This document shows positions 30,429 through 40,057 of a stretch of 64,000 bases of DNA, piece by piece (position 1 is the first letter of the stretch; each line of letters starts with the position of its first letter). Under the pieces are notes generated by a model. That model searched no databases and was not told the DNA's origin. It saw only the letters and a list, made by a program, of their open reading frames with translations. Position numbers and translations under genes: made by a program. Source of the DNA: Promethearchaeia archaeon (GTDB lineage: Archaea; Asgardarchaeota; Lokiarchaeia; Sigyniarchaeales; SOKP01); the NCBI GenBank assembly GCA_046483985.1, contig JAWOCD010000057.1:64001-128000 (forward strand). Direction: 5' to 3'.

Positions 30429-30947
30429 TTATTCCTTTTCTTTTTTTTCTTTCTTTCTCTCTTTTTTCGCCTTTTCTCTCAACTTAGAACGTACAACACC
30501 GATGACAAGGCCCCCTCTTCCTGTACTCTTGGTGCGCTGTCCCCGGACTTTTAATCCTAACTCATGGCGAATCCCCTTATAACTTCTCATCTTTTTCATT
30601 CTTTCAATATCGCGCTTCACAGTTATTTCCAGTCTGTTTCCAATAATATGTTTGTCCTCACCATCTTTTAGATCCTTACGACGATTAACTAAGTAATAAG
30701 GAATTCCAGACTCGACAGGGTTTAAGATGATTTCTTCGATTTTCTTCAAATCTTTTTCGGGGATTACCCCAATCCGAGTTTGTGGATCAAGATTCATAAC
30801 ACGAAGAACTGCTTGCGAAAATCTTCTGCCAATTCCTTTAATTTTCGAGAGTCCGTATAATGCAGTATGATTTCCGTTAAGCCTGGTTCTTAACTTTCGA
30901 AGGAACACTTCTTGTCGATAATTTTGGGGCCTGATCGGTTGCGTCAT
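30429..30947 (-). CDS. rps13: 30S ribosomal protein uS13
   Basis: IKGIGRR, NRRKD, YKGIRHELGLKVRGQRTKSTGR. Confidence 0.97.
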   Translation of the reverse strand: MTQPIRPQNYRQEVFLRKLRTRLNGNHTALYGLSKIKGIGRRFSQAVLRVMNLDPQTRIGVIPEKDLKKIEEIILNPVESGIPYYLVNRRKDLKDGEDKHIIGNRLEITVKRDIERMKKMRSYKGIRHELGLKVRGQRTKSTGRGGLVIGVVRSKLREKAKKERKKEKKEKE

Positions 30948-31149
30948 ATAAACACATTTAATAATATCTTAATTTTATAACTTTAAATGTTTAAAATGTA
31001 AAAATCAATATTAATTTTTTGGTTGTATTTGGGAAATTGGATAGATGACTTACTTCTTGTTCAATTCTTCTATGAAGAGCACTAAATTTTTTCAATTTTA
31101 GAAAAAAAGTATCAAATCACAAACCAAAAAGGTCATTGATAAAAGACAG

Positions 31150-32655
31150 TTAGTAAGATGGGGCACGTGCATTACTCTCATTCTTCTCGTTTATAGCTTT
31201 ACGACAGTCTTTACGCTTAAAACCTGCAATTTTTTTTAAGAGGGGTAATCCCGGTTTTACATGGTCTAATGGTTTAGATTCAATAAGATCATTTTCGAGT
31301 AAGGCATTATAGAGTTGCCTTCCCTTGGGAGTTCTAATTAATACAGCATTCCAACCCGATGGTGCGCCAATTGATCCAATTGAAATATCGGCTGATTCCG
31401 ATGTCAAATCAAAACAGACTTCACAATCTTCTCGAGCAAGGGCAGAGATCTCATTTATTGCGATCTTATGTTCTTCTCCATCTCGGGTGTACACGAAAAA
31501 TTTTCCCTTATTAATATCCGTTTTCGTCACATTATGCACATCAACATCGAGCTTCTCGCATATTTTCAAAAATCCCTCTTCGTAGGGAAATGATTCCATA
31601 CAAAAGATACCTATTCGATATATAACATTGTTTATTGTTGGGATACCAATATTATATAAGTTTGATTTAAGAAGAGCTTGCATTTGACAAGGAACACCTA
31701 TCGCTGCAATCCTCGCATCTTTTAGATTCTCTTTATTTAAAAGGGATAAGTTGGGATTATTAACGTATTTAGTCCCAGCCGCTGCGATGAGATCTTCTTC
31801 ATTTTGAAGGATCTTCGGTTCTGGGCACCATAATCTTTCACTCATGGTAGCACCGAGTGCATAATCGATTTTCTCATTGTTTAATAAATAATAAATGCTG
31901 GTTGTAGAAATTCCGCCATCTTGGCAAACCTCTTTAATCTTGTCTACTTTTGTTTGGGCACAGTATGCTTCCATGAAGGGGCCAATATTACCATAATCCT
32001 TAATTTCTCTTGAATCTGATTGCTTTAGGTTTAGGATATCAACCGGCAAATAAGAACGAGGACATACAAAATAGCATAATCCACACCGGACACACATATC
32101 ATCATCTATCTCTCCAAATCCATTTTCGATAGAAATACAATCCATTGGACATATTCCCGCACATAGTCCACAACCGCTACAAGTCTCTGAATCAAAAATC
32201 ACTTTTACGGGTTCGTATATCGATTTCAATTCGGAAATGTCATCATCATTAATTTTGATCTTTATTTCCTTAAGTAATTTTTCTGATTGAGTGTTCTCTT
32301 CCCTCTTTCTCTTTTCAAATTTATAATCTACATCAATTAAGTTTTCTTGATTGAGAAGTTCTAAATATCCGAGGGTCTTACGCAGAGGGATAGAGTACTT
32401 TTCAGAAAATTTTGTTAATTCATTCAAGCCATTAGTTTGATTACTATTTAAGAATTCTAAAAGAGAATATTTCTGTTCTTCTTCATCAAACATCTTAAAA
32501 AATATTTTCTCATATTCCGACTCACTATAAACTCCCGCATCCAAAATTTCTTGTTTTGCATCTATTAATGCTCTCACCCTGTATGATTCCAGAGCATCTG
32601 CAACTCGCTTCAAATACTCTTTTGTGATTTTATTTTCTAGTTTTTGATTACTCAT
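31150..32655 (-). CDS. Coenzyme F420 hydrogenase/dehydrogenase beta-subunit (FrhB-like) with a 2x[4Fe-4S] ferredoxin domain and an N-terminal extension
   Basis: CSGCGLCAGICP, CVRCGLCYFVCP, QDGG, AAGTKY, GVPCQ, IGIFCMESF, CEVC.D...ADISIG. Confidence 0.9.
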   Translation of the reverse strand: MSNQKLENKITKEYLKRVADALESYRVRALIDAKQEILDAGVYSESEYEKIFFKMFDEEEQKYSLLEFLNSNQTNGLNELTKFSEKYSIPLRKTLGYLELLNQENLIDVDYKFEKRKREENTQSEKLLKEIKIKINDDDISELKSIYEPVKVIFDSETCSGCGLCAGICPMDCISIENGFGEIDDDMCVRCGLCYFVCPRSYLPVDILNLKQSDSREIKDYGNIGPFMEAYCAQTKVDKIKEVCQDGGISTTSIYYLLNNEKIDYALGATMSERLWCPEPKILQNEEDLIAAAGTKYVNNPNLSLLNKENLKDARIAAIGVPCQMQALLKSNLYNIGIPTINNVIYRIGIFCMESFPYEEGFLKICEKLDVDVHNVTKTDINKGKFFVYTRDGEEHKIAINEISALAREDCEVCFDLTSESADISIGSIGAPSGWNAVLIRTPKGRQLYNALLENDLIESKPLDHVKPGLPLLKKIAGFKRKDCRKAINEKNESNARAPSY

Positions 32656-32701
32656 AATCCTTCGAAATTTTCTTTTGTTAATTCTTTAAAAAATTAAAAA
32701 T

Positions 32702-32775
32702 ATCCGAATAAACCCAGGCCATGGGTCAGTTTCCATTCAACTATAATTTATTTGAACGGATCATCCTACATCGGA
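32702..32775 (-). promoter_or_regulatory. Candidate SECIS element in the 3' UTR of mvhD
   Basis: Immediately after the stop: UCCGAUGUAGG-AUGA-UCCGUUCAA-(AUAAAUUAUAG)-UUGAAUGGA-AACUGA-CCCAUGGCCUGGG-UUUAUUCGGA; 9-bp stem with A-rich loop, preceded by AUGA and closed by a lower helix. Confidence 0.7.
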
Positions 32776-33201
32776 TTAGTTATTTGTGCCTAATAGAGGA
32801 GGTAATGCTTCTATTTTTTTGGTAATATCGTCCACGGAATTAGTAAACTTTTCAACATCTGCCGCACTGCAAAAGTATTGCTGGAGACGATCTTTAGAGA
32901 TTCCTACATGGTCAAGGATCTGTTTCAGAACCTTCACATGGGAATAAGTGTTAATATTTCCTTGGCCAAATTCACATTCTCCTTCTTCTCAGCCAATAAT
33001 TGCTACGCCATCAGCACCGTTTAAAAAGCATTTCATAATAAGATGAATTCCAATTCGTCCCGTACATCGCACGCGTATTAGATGAACCTTAGTAGAATAT
33101 GATGTCCTTGTAGTTCCCGTTAAATCCGCAGCAGAATATCCTCATTTTTCACATCCAAAGGCAATAATTCTTTTCTCATCGACATTGTTAGATTCGTTCA
33201 T
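32776..33201 (-). CDS. mvhD: Selenoprotein MvhD/VhuD (hydrogenase delta, [2Fe-2S]), 141 aa, Sec at codons 20 and 71 (not in ORF track)
   Basis: MNESNNVDEKRIIAFGCEK-U-GYSAADLTG...IRVRCTGRI...GADGVAIIG-U-EEGECEF..GN; TGA at 33142-33144 and 32989-32991 fall on conserved Cys positions; GGTGA SD. Confidence 0.93.
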
Positions 33202-33220
33202 ATCTTCTCACCTAGTCTGT

Positions 33221-35215
33221 TTAATTTTCTGCTATTTTCTGTTTTTCTCCAAGGTATTTTAATTCCCCAGTAATCCCCTTGATCTCCTTCTCAAATTGTT
33301 TATCTCTAAAATATTTAATACTAATTGCCCGTGCTGGACAAGAAGTCACACATACACCACAACCTTTACATTTTAATTGATTCACATGGGCAATCCCATC
33401 TTCATCCACGGAAATTGCTTCAAAATTACAAACTTTCTCACAACGATGACATCCCATACATAGATCCTCAGCTATTTCCGCTATAATAAGTTCTTGACTA
33501 ATTGTATCATTAGAGAGTAGTCGTGCAGCTTTACTAGCTGCTGCAAGTGCAGTCGAAACGGAATATGGAATATTTTTGGGCCCTGCCGCGCAGCCAGCAA
33601 TATAGATTCCCATATTTTTCGTTTCTTGTGGTTTTAAGCATCCATGTACTTCAGAAAGAAAATCGTTGGGTCCCGTTGAGAGTCCCATTACCTTGGTTAT
33701 CTCTTCGGTTCCTTTTGAAGGAATAATTCCCGTTGATAAGACGACTAAATCGAAGTCATCGTGGGTTACCTCATCCAGAAGAGTATTATCATAAAACAAT
33801 TTCATAGTCCCGTCATCATTCATTTTAATATCTCCGGGCTTTCCTTTTATGAAATTGACCCCGGTTTCCCGAATTTTTCTGTAATACTCCTCATTACCCT
33901 TATCTGGTGATCTGATATCAATATAGAATATAAATACTTCCATATCAGGGTACTCTTGCTTTAACAACTGCGCATTTTTAAGCGCAACGTTACAGCACAC
34001 TCCAGAGCAATAGGGGTTCCCTCTTAGAGTTCTTGATCCCACGCATTGTATCATCGCAACTTTTTCAGGAACTTTTCCATCTGAAATTCGATGGACATGC
34101 CCTCCCGTTGGTCCAATGGGACTTAACATCCGCTCTAACTCTATCTGAGTTATTACATCGGGATAATAGCCATAGTTATATTCATTACTTTCCCAAATAG
34201 GATACTCGTCCCATCCAGTTGCCACTACTACTGAACCTACTGTAATGTCCAAATATTCTGCTTCTTGCTCAAAATCTATTGCCTCAGCAGGGCAATTTCT
34301 TTGACACGATTTACATTCAATGCACATATCCCGATCGATAAGCGCTAATTTCGGAACTGCTTGTGGAAATGGAACATAAATTGCTCTTCTTTCACCAATC
34401 CCTCTGTCAAACTCGTTAGGTACCCGGATTGGACATTTGGTAGTACATAAGCCACAGCCTGTACATTTATCAGTATCTACATATCTAGGGTTTTTCCGAA
34501 TCTTTACCTGATAATCCCCAGTAATTCCACTAAATTCAACAACCTCACTATACGTGAGAAGTTCGATATTTGGATGTTTTGAAGTATTCACCATTATCGG
34601 GGCTAAAACTCATATCCCACAATCATCGGTTGGGAAAATGCGATCTAATTGCGCCATTTTCCCCCCTATTGTAGGCTCTTTCTCTACTAAATAGACTTGT
34701 ATTCCTTCACTAGCTAAGTCTAGAGCAGCATTCATTCCAGCTATTCCAGCGCCAACAACGAGTACTGAATTTGTAATTGAAATCTCTTTTCTCGGGACAT
34801 CTTCTAATTCTCGTGCCCGATTGATCCCCGCGAGAACTAACCGTTTCGCTTTTTCGGTAGCTTTTTCCTTATCTCCTTGGTGAACAAAGGAGCATTGCTC
34901 TCGTAAATTAACCATCTGGAAATAATAGGGACTTAATCCCGCCTCTACCAAAACTGACCGATAGGTCGGTTCATGAATTTTGGGGGTACAAGCAGCCACC
35001 ACGACTCTATTTAAATCAAGCTCCAGAATATCATTTTTGATCATCTCTTGACCGGGATCTGAACACGTAAAGTCATTAGTTCTTGCCACGACAACGTCTG
35101 GAAGGGGTTCAACGAAATCACTCACAGCATCACAATCTACAGATGCACCAATGTTAACTCCTCAGCGACACACATAAACGCCAATTCTAATATCTTTGGT
35201 CTGATTTTCAGACAT
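33221..35215 (-). CDS. hdrA: Selenoprotein heterodisulfide reductase subunit A, 664 aa, Sec at codons 18 and 202 (ORF track splits it)
   Basis: MSENQTKDIRIGVYVCR-U-GVNIG (canonical VCHCG); FPTDDCGI-U-VLAP (canonical DCxxC); TGA at 35162-35164 and 34610-34612 are in one continuous frame with 34594->33221; GAGIAG FAD motif and ferredoxin motifs. Confidence 0.95.
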
Positions 35216-35587
35216 TTAATCCACCTTTTAGAGAACCACCATTCAATAATTTGATGTATACTTTTTATTTTCTCATATAAATTATAATAATAAATCTTAG
35301 TAAATAGAGAAATAATAGGAAAAATAAATAAATTTTGTTTAAGAAGCATAAGGTCTAATGCCTTCTCTTATAATTTGTTTAGTTCGGATGATTAGTTCCC
35401 AGATATTATTAAAATTCGAAAAAAAAGGCTAAAATTTATAGTAAATTTGTAAAAATATTTACGGAAATTGTTAGAAGTAAAAAACATCCATGTTAAACAT
35501 TTTACATATTTTTGTCCTATAAAAAATTGGAAAAAAGAGAGAATAACATTTAAAAATCTTTTTTTTAAACCGATAATTTTTTTAATT

Positions 35588-35920
35588 ATGTCTGAAAATG
35601 AAGAAAAAGAACCCACTCAAGAAGAGAAATTTGTTCAAAATTTTATGGAAACGGAGGGATTAAAAGGGCGTTCTACAGAAAACAAGATAAACGAAATTGT
35701 TGAAGATGTCGGATTAGATGAAGAGACAGTTAAGGAAAAATTTCTTCAGTTTAAAGAAAAGGAACATTTTGCCAATCAAATTATGGAGGAAGTGGGATTA
35801 AGGGGAAAGGTAAAACGCCTAAAAGTAATGAAAATTATGGACAAGGTGGGTTGGAATAAGAAAAAAATTAAAACTGCCCTTCAACGATCAACCATCGCCT
35901 CTCGAATTAACCATGAATAG
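35588..35920 (+). CDS. Hypothetical protein with an internal two-fold repeat
   Basis: ATG at 35588 preferred; FVQNFMETEGLKG..IVEDVGLD / FANQIMEEVGLRG..IMDKVGWN. Confidence 0.75.
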   Translation: MSENEEKEPTQEEKFVQNFMETEGLKGRSTENKINEIVEDVGLDEETVKEKFLQFKEKEHFANQIMEEVGLRGKVKRLKVMKIMDKVGWNKKKIKTALQRSTIASRINHE

Positions 35921-36030
35921 TTAACTAATTCTCACCGAGTTAAGAAATCCTAAAACAATTTATTTTCAATCCAAAAATAAATTAAAAACAATTGTTTATA
36001 ATAGAATAATTAAAAATTTGGACAGTTACA

Positions 36031-37323
36031 ATGCTCGATATAGAGTTATTTAGAGAAGATTTAGAAAGGATAATAGAATCCGAGAGAAATAGGTTTAAAG
36101 ATCCCTCAAATGCACGAAAAGTCCTCGAATATGATAAAAAATGGCGAGATGTTTTGGAAGAACTTCAAGAGTTACGGCATAGAAGAAACAAAATTTCGGA
36201 ATCAATCGGGGAGTTAAAAAAGGCAGGTAAGGATAAAGAAGCCAAAGATGCAATTGAGAAATCAAAAGATTACAAAGCAAAAATTGAAAAATTAGAAGCC
36301 TTAAAAGATCAATATCACGAAAAGAGAGAAGAATTCCGGTATGTAGTTGGAAATATACTCCACGATTCAGTACCTATTGCAGAAACTGAGGAAGACAATG
36401 AAATCGTAAGAATTGTAGGTGATAAAACCGAGTTTAGTTTTGATCCTCTTTCACATGTTGATCTGGTTGAACTTATCAACGGAGCTGATACTGAAAAAGC
36501 TTCCAGAGTCGTGGGCTCAAGATTTTATTACCTAAAAAACGATCTTGTATCACTCAACATCGCATTAATGAAATTTGCCTTGGAGCACTTAATAGAAAAG
36601 GGATTTACACCGATGTGGACACCTTTTTTTGTAAAGCATGAGGTGATCAAAGCAGCTGCTGAGCTCGCTGATTTTGAAGAACAATTGTATAAGATTGAGG
36701 GAGAAGATCTATATCTGATTGCAACTTCCGAACAGACCATAGCTGCTTACCATTATGACGAGATTATCAATCCTGATGAGTTACCGTTGAAATATGCAGG
36801 GGTATCATCATGTTTTAGAAGAGAAGCGGGATCTCATGGAAGAGATACCTTAGGTATATTCAGAGTTCATCAATTTGAAAAAATTGAACAATATATTTTC
36901 TGCAAACCAGGAAATTCATGGGAGTATCATGAAGAATTAATAAAGAATGCAGAAGAATTATATAAAAAACTGGGGCTCCCATACCGAATTGTTAATATTG
37001 CTTCCGGTGATTTAAATGATAACGCTTCCAAAAAATATGATTTGGAAGCATGGTTCCCCGGATCAAATGTATATAGAGAACTTGTTTCTTGCAGTAATTG
37101 TTTAGATTATCAAGCAAGAAAATTAAAGATACGGATGGGATTGGTGGGGGCAAAAGAGGAAAAAGAAACTCTTCATACGTTAAACTCGACCGCAATTGCA
37201 ACCGAACGGACGTTATGCTGCTTGCTCGAAAACTATCAAAACGAAGATCATTCTATAGAAATCCCAAAAGTACTCCAGAAATATTTAAACGGCAAAAAAA
37301 TTATTAAACCTATGAATAATTAA
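36031..37323 (+). CDS. serS: Serine--tRNA ligase
   Basis: LIATSEQ, FRREAGSHG.DT.GIFRVHQF.K.EQ, ELVSCSNC.DYQ, HTLNST. Confidence 0.97.
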   Translation: MLDIELFREDLERIIESERNRFKDPSNARKVLEYDKKWRDVLEELQELRHRRNKISESIGELKKAGKDKEAKDAIEKSKDYKAKIEKLEALKDQYHEKREEFRYVVGNILHDSVPIAETEEDNEIVRIVGDKTEFSFDPLSHVDLVELINGADTEKASRVVGSRFYYLKNDLVSLNIALMKFALEHLIEKGFTPMWTPFFVKHEVIKAAAELADFEEQLYKIEGEDLYLIATSEQTIAAYHYDEIINPDELPLKYAGVSSCFRREAGSHGRDTLGIFRVHQFEKIEQYIFCKPGNSWEYHEELIKNAEELYKKLGLPYRIVNIASGDLNDNASKKYDLEAWFPGSNVYRELVSCSNCLDYQARKLKIRMGLVGAKEEKETLHTLNSTAIATERTLCCLLENYQNEDHSIEIPKVLQKYLNGKKIIKPMNN

Positions 37324-37338
37324 GATGTGATAATATAT

Positions 37339-38586
37339 ATGGTTGAAGTCAATTTAAAGAATTTTAAGGAATTTTATCAAAATAAGCTTAACGATATTTA
37401 TTACAAAGAAAAGAAGAAAACGGGTAAAATTCTTTCTAATATTGAAGAAAATTTGAAAAAAATTAAGTTGTGTATGGACCATTTTATCGAAGCTGGACAA
37501 GGAAAGGTAAGTAGTAAGGCAAAAAGATCTCTAAATCTTTTTACCAGCAGAGTTAAGGGAAGTATCGATGAGATCGAGATACCCAATGAAGAGAATATGA
37601 ACTATGAAAATTTGATGAGATTAATGAGTTCTTTAAAAAGCTTGTTTGCTGACGTGAGTGAAATTGCACGTAAATCTTTGCCTAAATTTAAGTCAGAAGT
37701 ACAATCAGAGATTAAAGAATTAAATTATTTAACGAGGAAATTGGGAAAGTATCAAGGTGTATTAGATAAGTTCTTACGAAAAAAATACGCGGGCGGAAAA
37801 TTAAGCCTAAAAGACGCCGAAGATTTAATGAAAAAAATACCGAAATTGTATTCATTAAAAGAAAATATTGAAAATGCAAAACGCGATCTGATCGAATTTG
37901 AAGAAGAATATGAAAAATATAATAGCAAAGCAGAGAAGCTAAAAGCCCAATTAGTTGAGTTAGAAAAGAGCAAACTATTCAAAAAATTAAAGAAAAGAAA
38001 GAAGCAAATCTTTAAACTGAAGCTTAAAATTAAAGATCAATTACATTTTAAAAAGGCATTGAAGAAACTAAAATTCGAAATAAATAAGGGGGATATTCCC
38101 ATATCTGGAGTCAGTGAACGGGAGATAGATAATTTCTTGAAAAACCCAGTAAGAAATCTCGTCAACCAAAGTAAGGACTTAAGAGAGTTTTCTAGCTTAC
38201 TAGTTCAAGTACGGCATGTGTTAGAAGAGAATTTGCTGAATATAAAAAATGAAACGAAGGAAAAGACAATTGAGCAAATCAATAAATTTTTCGAGGTTAA
38301 AAAGATTCATGATGATGTTAAGAAATTACGCAATCTAAAACAAGAGGTTAAAGATATTAAAAAAGAAATAAAGGATGTGGGATTGGGCGATAAAGTGGAA
38401 AAGCTAAAAGATGAAATCTCTCACAATTCTGTTAAATTAGAAAGAGCCGAAAATAAGCTAGATCGAAAGAAGAAAGATTATTTACGATATTTAGCAAGAT
38501 TAAAGAAAGAGCGGAAGATATTTCAAAAGTCGATTGAACAAGTCATAGAAGAACCCATAAAAATTTCAATTACCTTCTCATTTTAA
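37339..38586 (+). CDS. Lys-rich coiled-coil hypothetical protein
   Basis: Long heptad-like K/E/L pattern; ATG at 37339. Confidence 0.75.
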   Translation: MVEVNLKNFKEFYQNKLNDIYYKEKKKTGKILSNIEENLKKIKLCMDHFIEAGQGKVSSKAKRSLNLFTSRVKGSIDEIEIPNEENMNYENLMRLMSSLKSLFADVSEIARKSLPKFKSEVQSEIKELNYLTRKLGKYQGVLDKFLRKKYAGGKLSLKDAEDLMKKIPKLYSLKENIENAKRDLIEFEEEYEKYNSKAEKLKAQLVELEKSKLFKKLKKRKKQIFKLKLKIKDQLHFKKALKKLKFEINKGDIPISGVSEREIDNFLKNPVRNLVNQSKDLREFSSLLVQVRHVLEENLLNIKNETKEKTIEQINKFFEVKKIHDDVKKLRNLKQEVKDIKKEIKDVGLGDKVEKLKDEISHNSVKLERAENKLDRKKKDYLRYLARLKKERKIFQKSIEQVIEEPIKISITFSF

Positions 38587-38610
38587 TTTAGCGTTCTAAT
38601 CCCTCATTTG

Positions 38611-39360
38611 TTACTGCTTCTGCTTATAAAGAAATTCCCGATTATTTAAGTTTTCGTTTTTACAAATTTTCTGATCCAAATTATGCTCCAAGAAGCGAAA
38701 AGTATAAGAATCGGTTAAATTAAACACCTTTAGATATTCAAAGGTTAATATTAGGTCATCCTTTATATCTACATCAAAACTTGCTCGTAGGGAATCATAG
38801 AGAACGAAACGGTCCACTTCTTGCTGGTTTGCAGTTTTATAATGAGCAACTAAAGAAGGGTCCGAAGGATCGTCAAATTGTGAACTAATTATATCCACGG
38901 GTCGTCTTCCTAAGACGGAAATACCTGCTGAATTAAGAGCTGGCGAGATTACCACTTGATTTTTTTTCAAGATTGAATTTAGAGCAAGAAGATTTTCTTG
39001 AGTTATTAAAGGTAAATCCAAAAAAACCACAAGAGATGCCCCCGCATTGAAGCGATTTATTGCAATCTCATCCATTTCCATGAAAATTGCATCAAAGTTT
39101 TTAGAATTCTGAGACCGTTCCTCTTTAAGAGCAATAAGATCATATATTTCTGCTAATTTTAAAATTCGCTCATCAGGAGAATAAACCACTTTTGCTCTAA
39201 AGGCATCAAGGGAAGTTACCTTTTCTGCTAAATCCTTAAAAAGAGCTCTTGTAAAATCTTGACGTTGTTCGGGTGTAAAGCACTCAGTTAACCGAGATTT
39301 ACTTTTACTTAGGTCTGCAACGGGAATAAATAGAATAGTCAATCTTAGAGCACCTTTCAC
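38611..39360 (-). CDS. cofC: 2-phospho-L-lactate/PEP guanylyltransferase (F420 biosynthesis), CofC-like
   Basis: IPV.....KSRL, DLPLI, FDVD...DL. Confidence 0.75.
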   Translation of the reverse strand: MKGALRLTILFIPVADLSKSKSRLTECFTPEQRQDFTRALFKDLAEKVTSLDAFRAKVVYSPDERILKLAEIYDLIALKEERSQNSKNFDAIFMEMDEIAINRFNAGASLVVFLDLPLITQENLLALNSILKKNQVVISPALNSAGISVLGRRPVDIISSQFDDPSDPSLVAHYKTANQQEVDRFVLYDSLRASFDVDIKDDLILTFEYLKVFNLTDSYTFRFLEHNLDQKICKNENLNNREFLYKQKQ

Positions 39361-39426
39361 TCTTTTATTTATAAAAGCTCACATAATTTAATAAATTACA
39401 GTAAATAGCTTATTAGGAAGAAAACC

Positions 39427-39996
39427 TCATTCAATATTACCTAAGATTTCCATAGACAACCATTTGAAAGCCTCATCCACATGTTTGTTGTCCTTTGCAG
39501 AAGACTCAAAAGATTTTACACCGTATTTTTCTGTAACCTCTTGAATCTCCGATTTAGACACTTCCCGTTGATCTTTAAGATCTAACTTATTTCCTACAAT
39601 TATAAACGGGATATCTCCGCTTAATTCCCGCATTTTCGAAATCCAAAAATCTAACTCTTCGAAACTTTCCTTATCTGAAAGGTCAAATACCACCATTGCC
39701 CCGAGCGCTTGGAGAAAATAATATTCTGTGACGAAAAGTTTATCCGATTGCCCTCCCAGATCCCAAAAATAAAGACGAAATCCCTTTTCGATAATTTCTT
39801 CTTTTAATTCCTTATCTATGTTAAAATCATTGCTTTCCTTCAAAAGGGGTTTAAGATTCATCTCCTTAATGAGAAAATTGGCTCCAATTGTTTGATCATA
39901 CTCATCACTGAACTGATCATCAACAAAACGGGCGAGGAGAGAGGTTTTTCCCACTGCTGGTGAACCTAAAATTATAACTTTTCCTCTATAACTCAT
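39427..39996 (-). CDS. Rab-like small GTPase
   Basis: GSPAVGKT, TIGANF, WDLGGQ, GNKLD, SAK. Confidence 0.92.
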   Translation of the reverse strand: MSYRGKVIILGSPAVGKTSLLARFVDDQFSDEYDQTIGANFLIKEMNLKPLLKESNDFNIDKELKEEIIEKGFRLYFWDLGGQSDKLFVTEYYFLQALGAMVVFDLSDKESFEELDFWISKMRELSGDIPFIIVGNKLDLKDQREVSKSEIQEVTEKYGVKSFESSAKDNKHVDEAFKWLSMEILGNIE

Positions 39997-40057
39997 TTTT
40001 ACAAGTTCCTAATTATACAATTTTAAATTAAAATTTTATATTTATTATATTTACTTT

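Noticed and set aside
32702-32775. Hammerhead ribozyme reading of the three-way junction (..GAUGA-stem-GAAAC)
   Set aside because: The CUGANGA core is not present (GGAUGA), and the position after a Sec gene favours a SECIS
33221-35349. hdrA as a fragmented pseudogene (ORFs 33221-34594, 34610-35125, 35137-35349)
   Set aside because: The first two pieces are in one frame and broken only by TGA at conserved Cys sites; 35137-35349 is an off-frame shadow ORF
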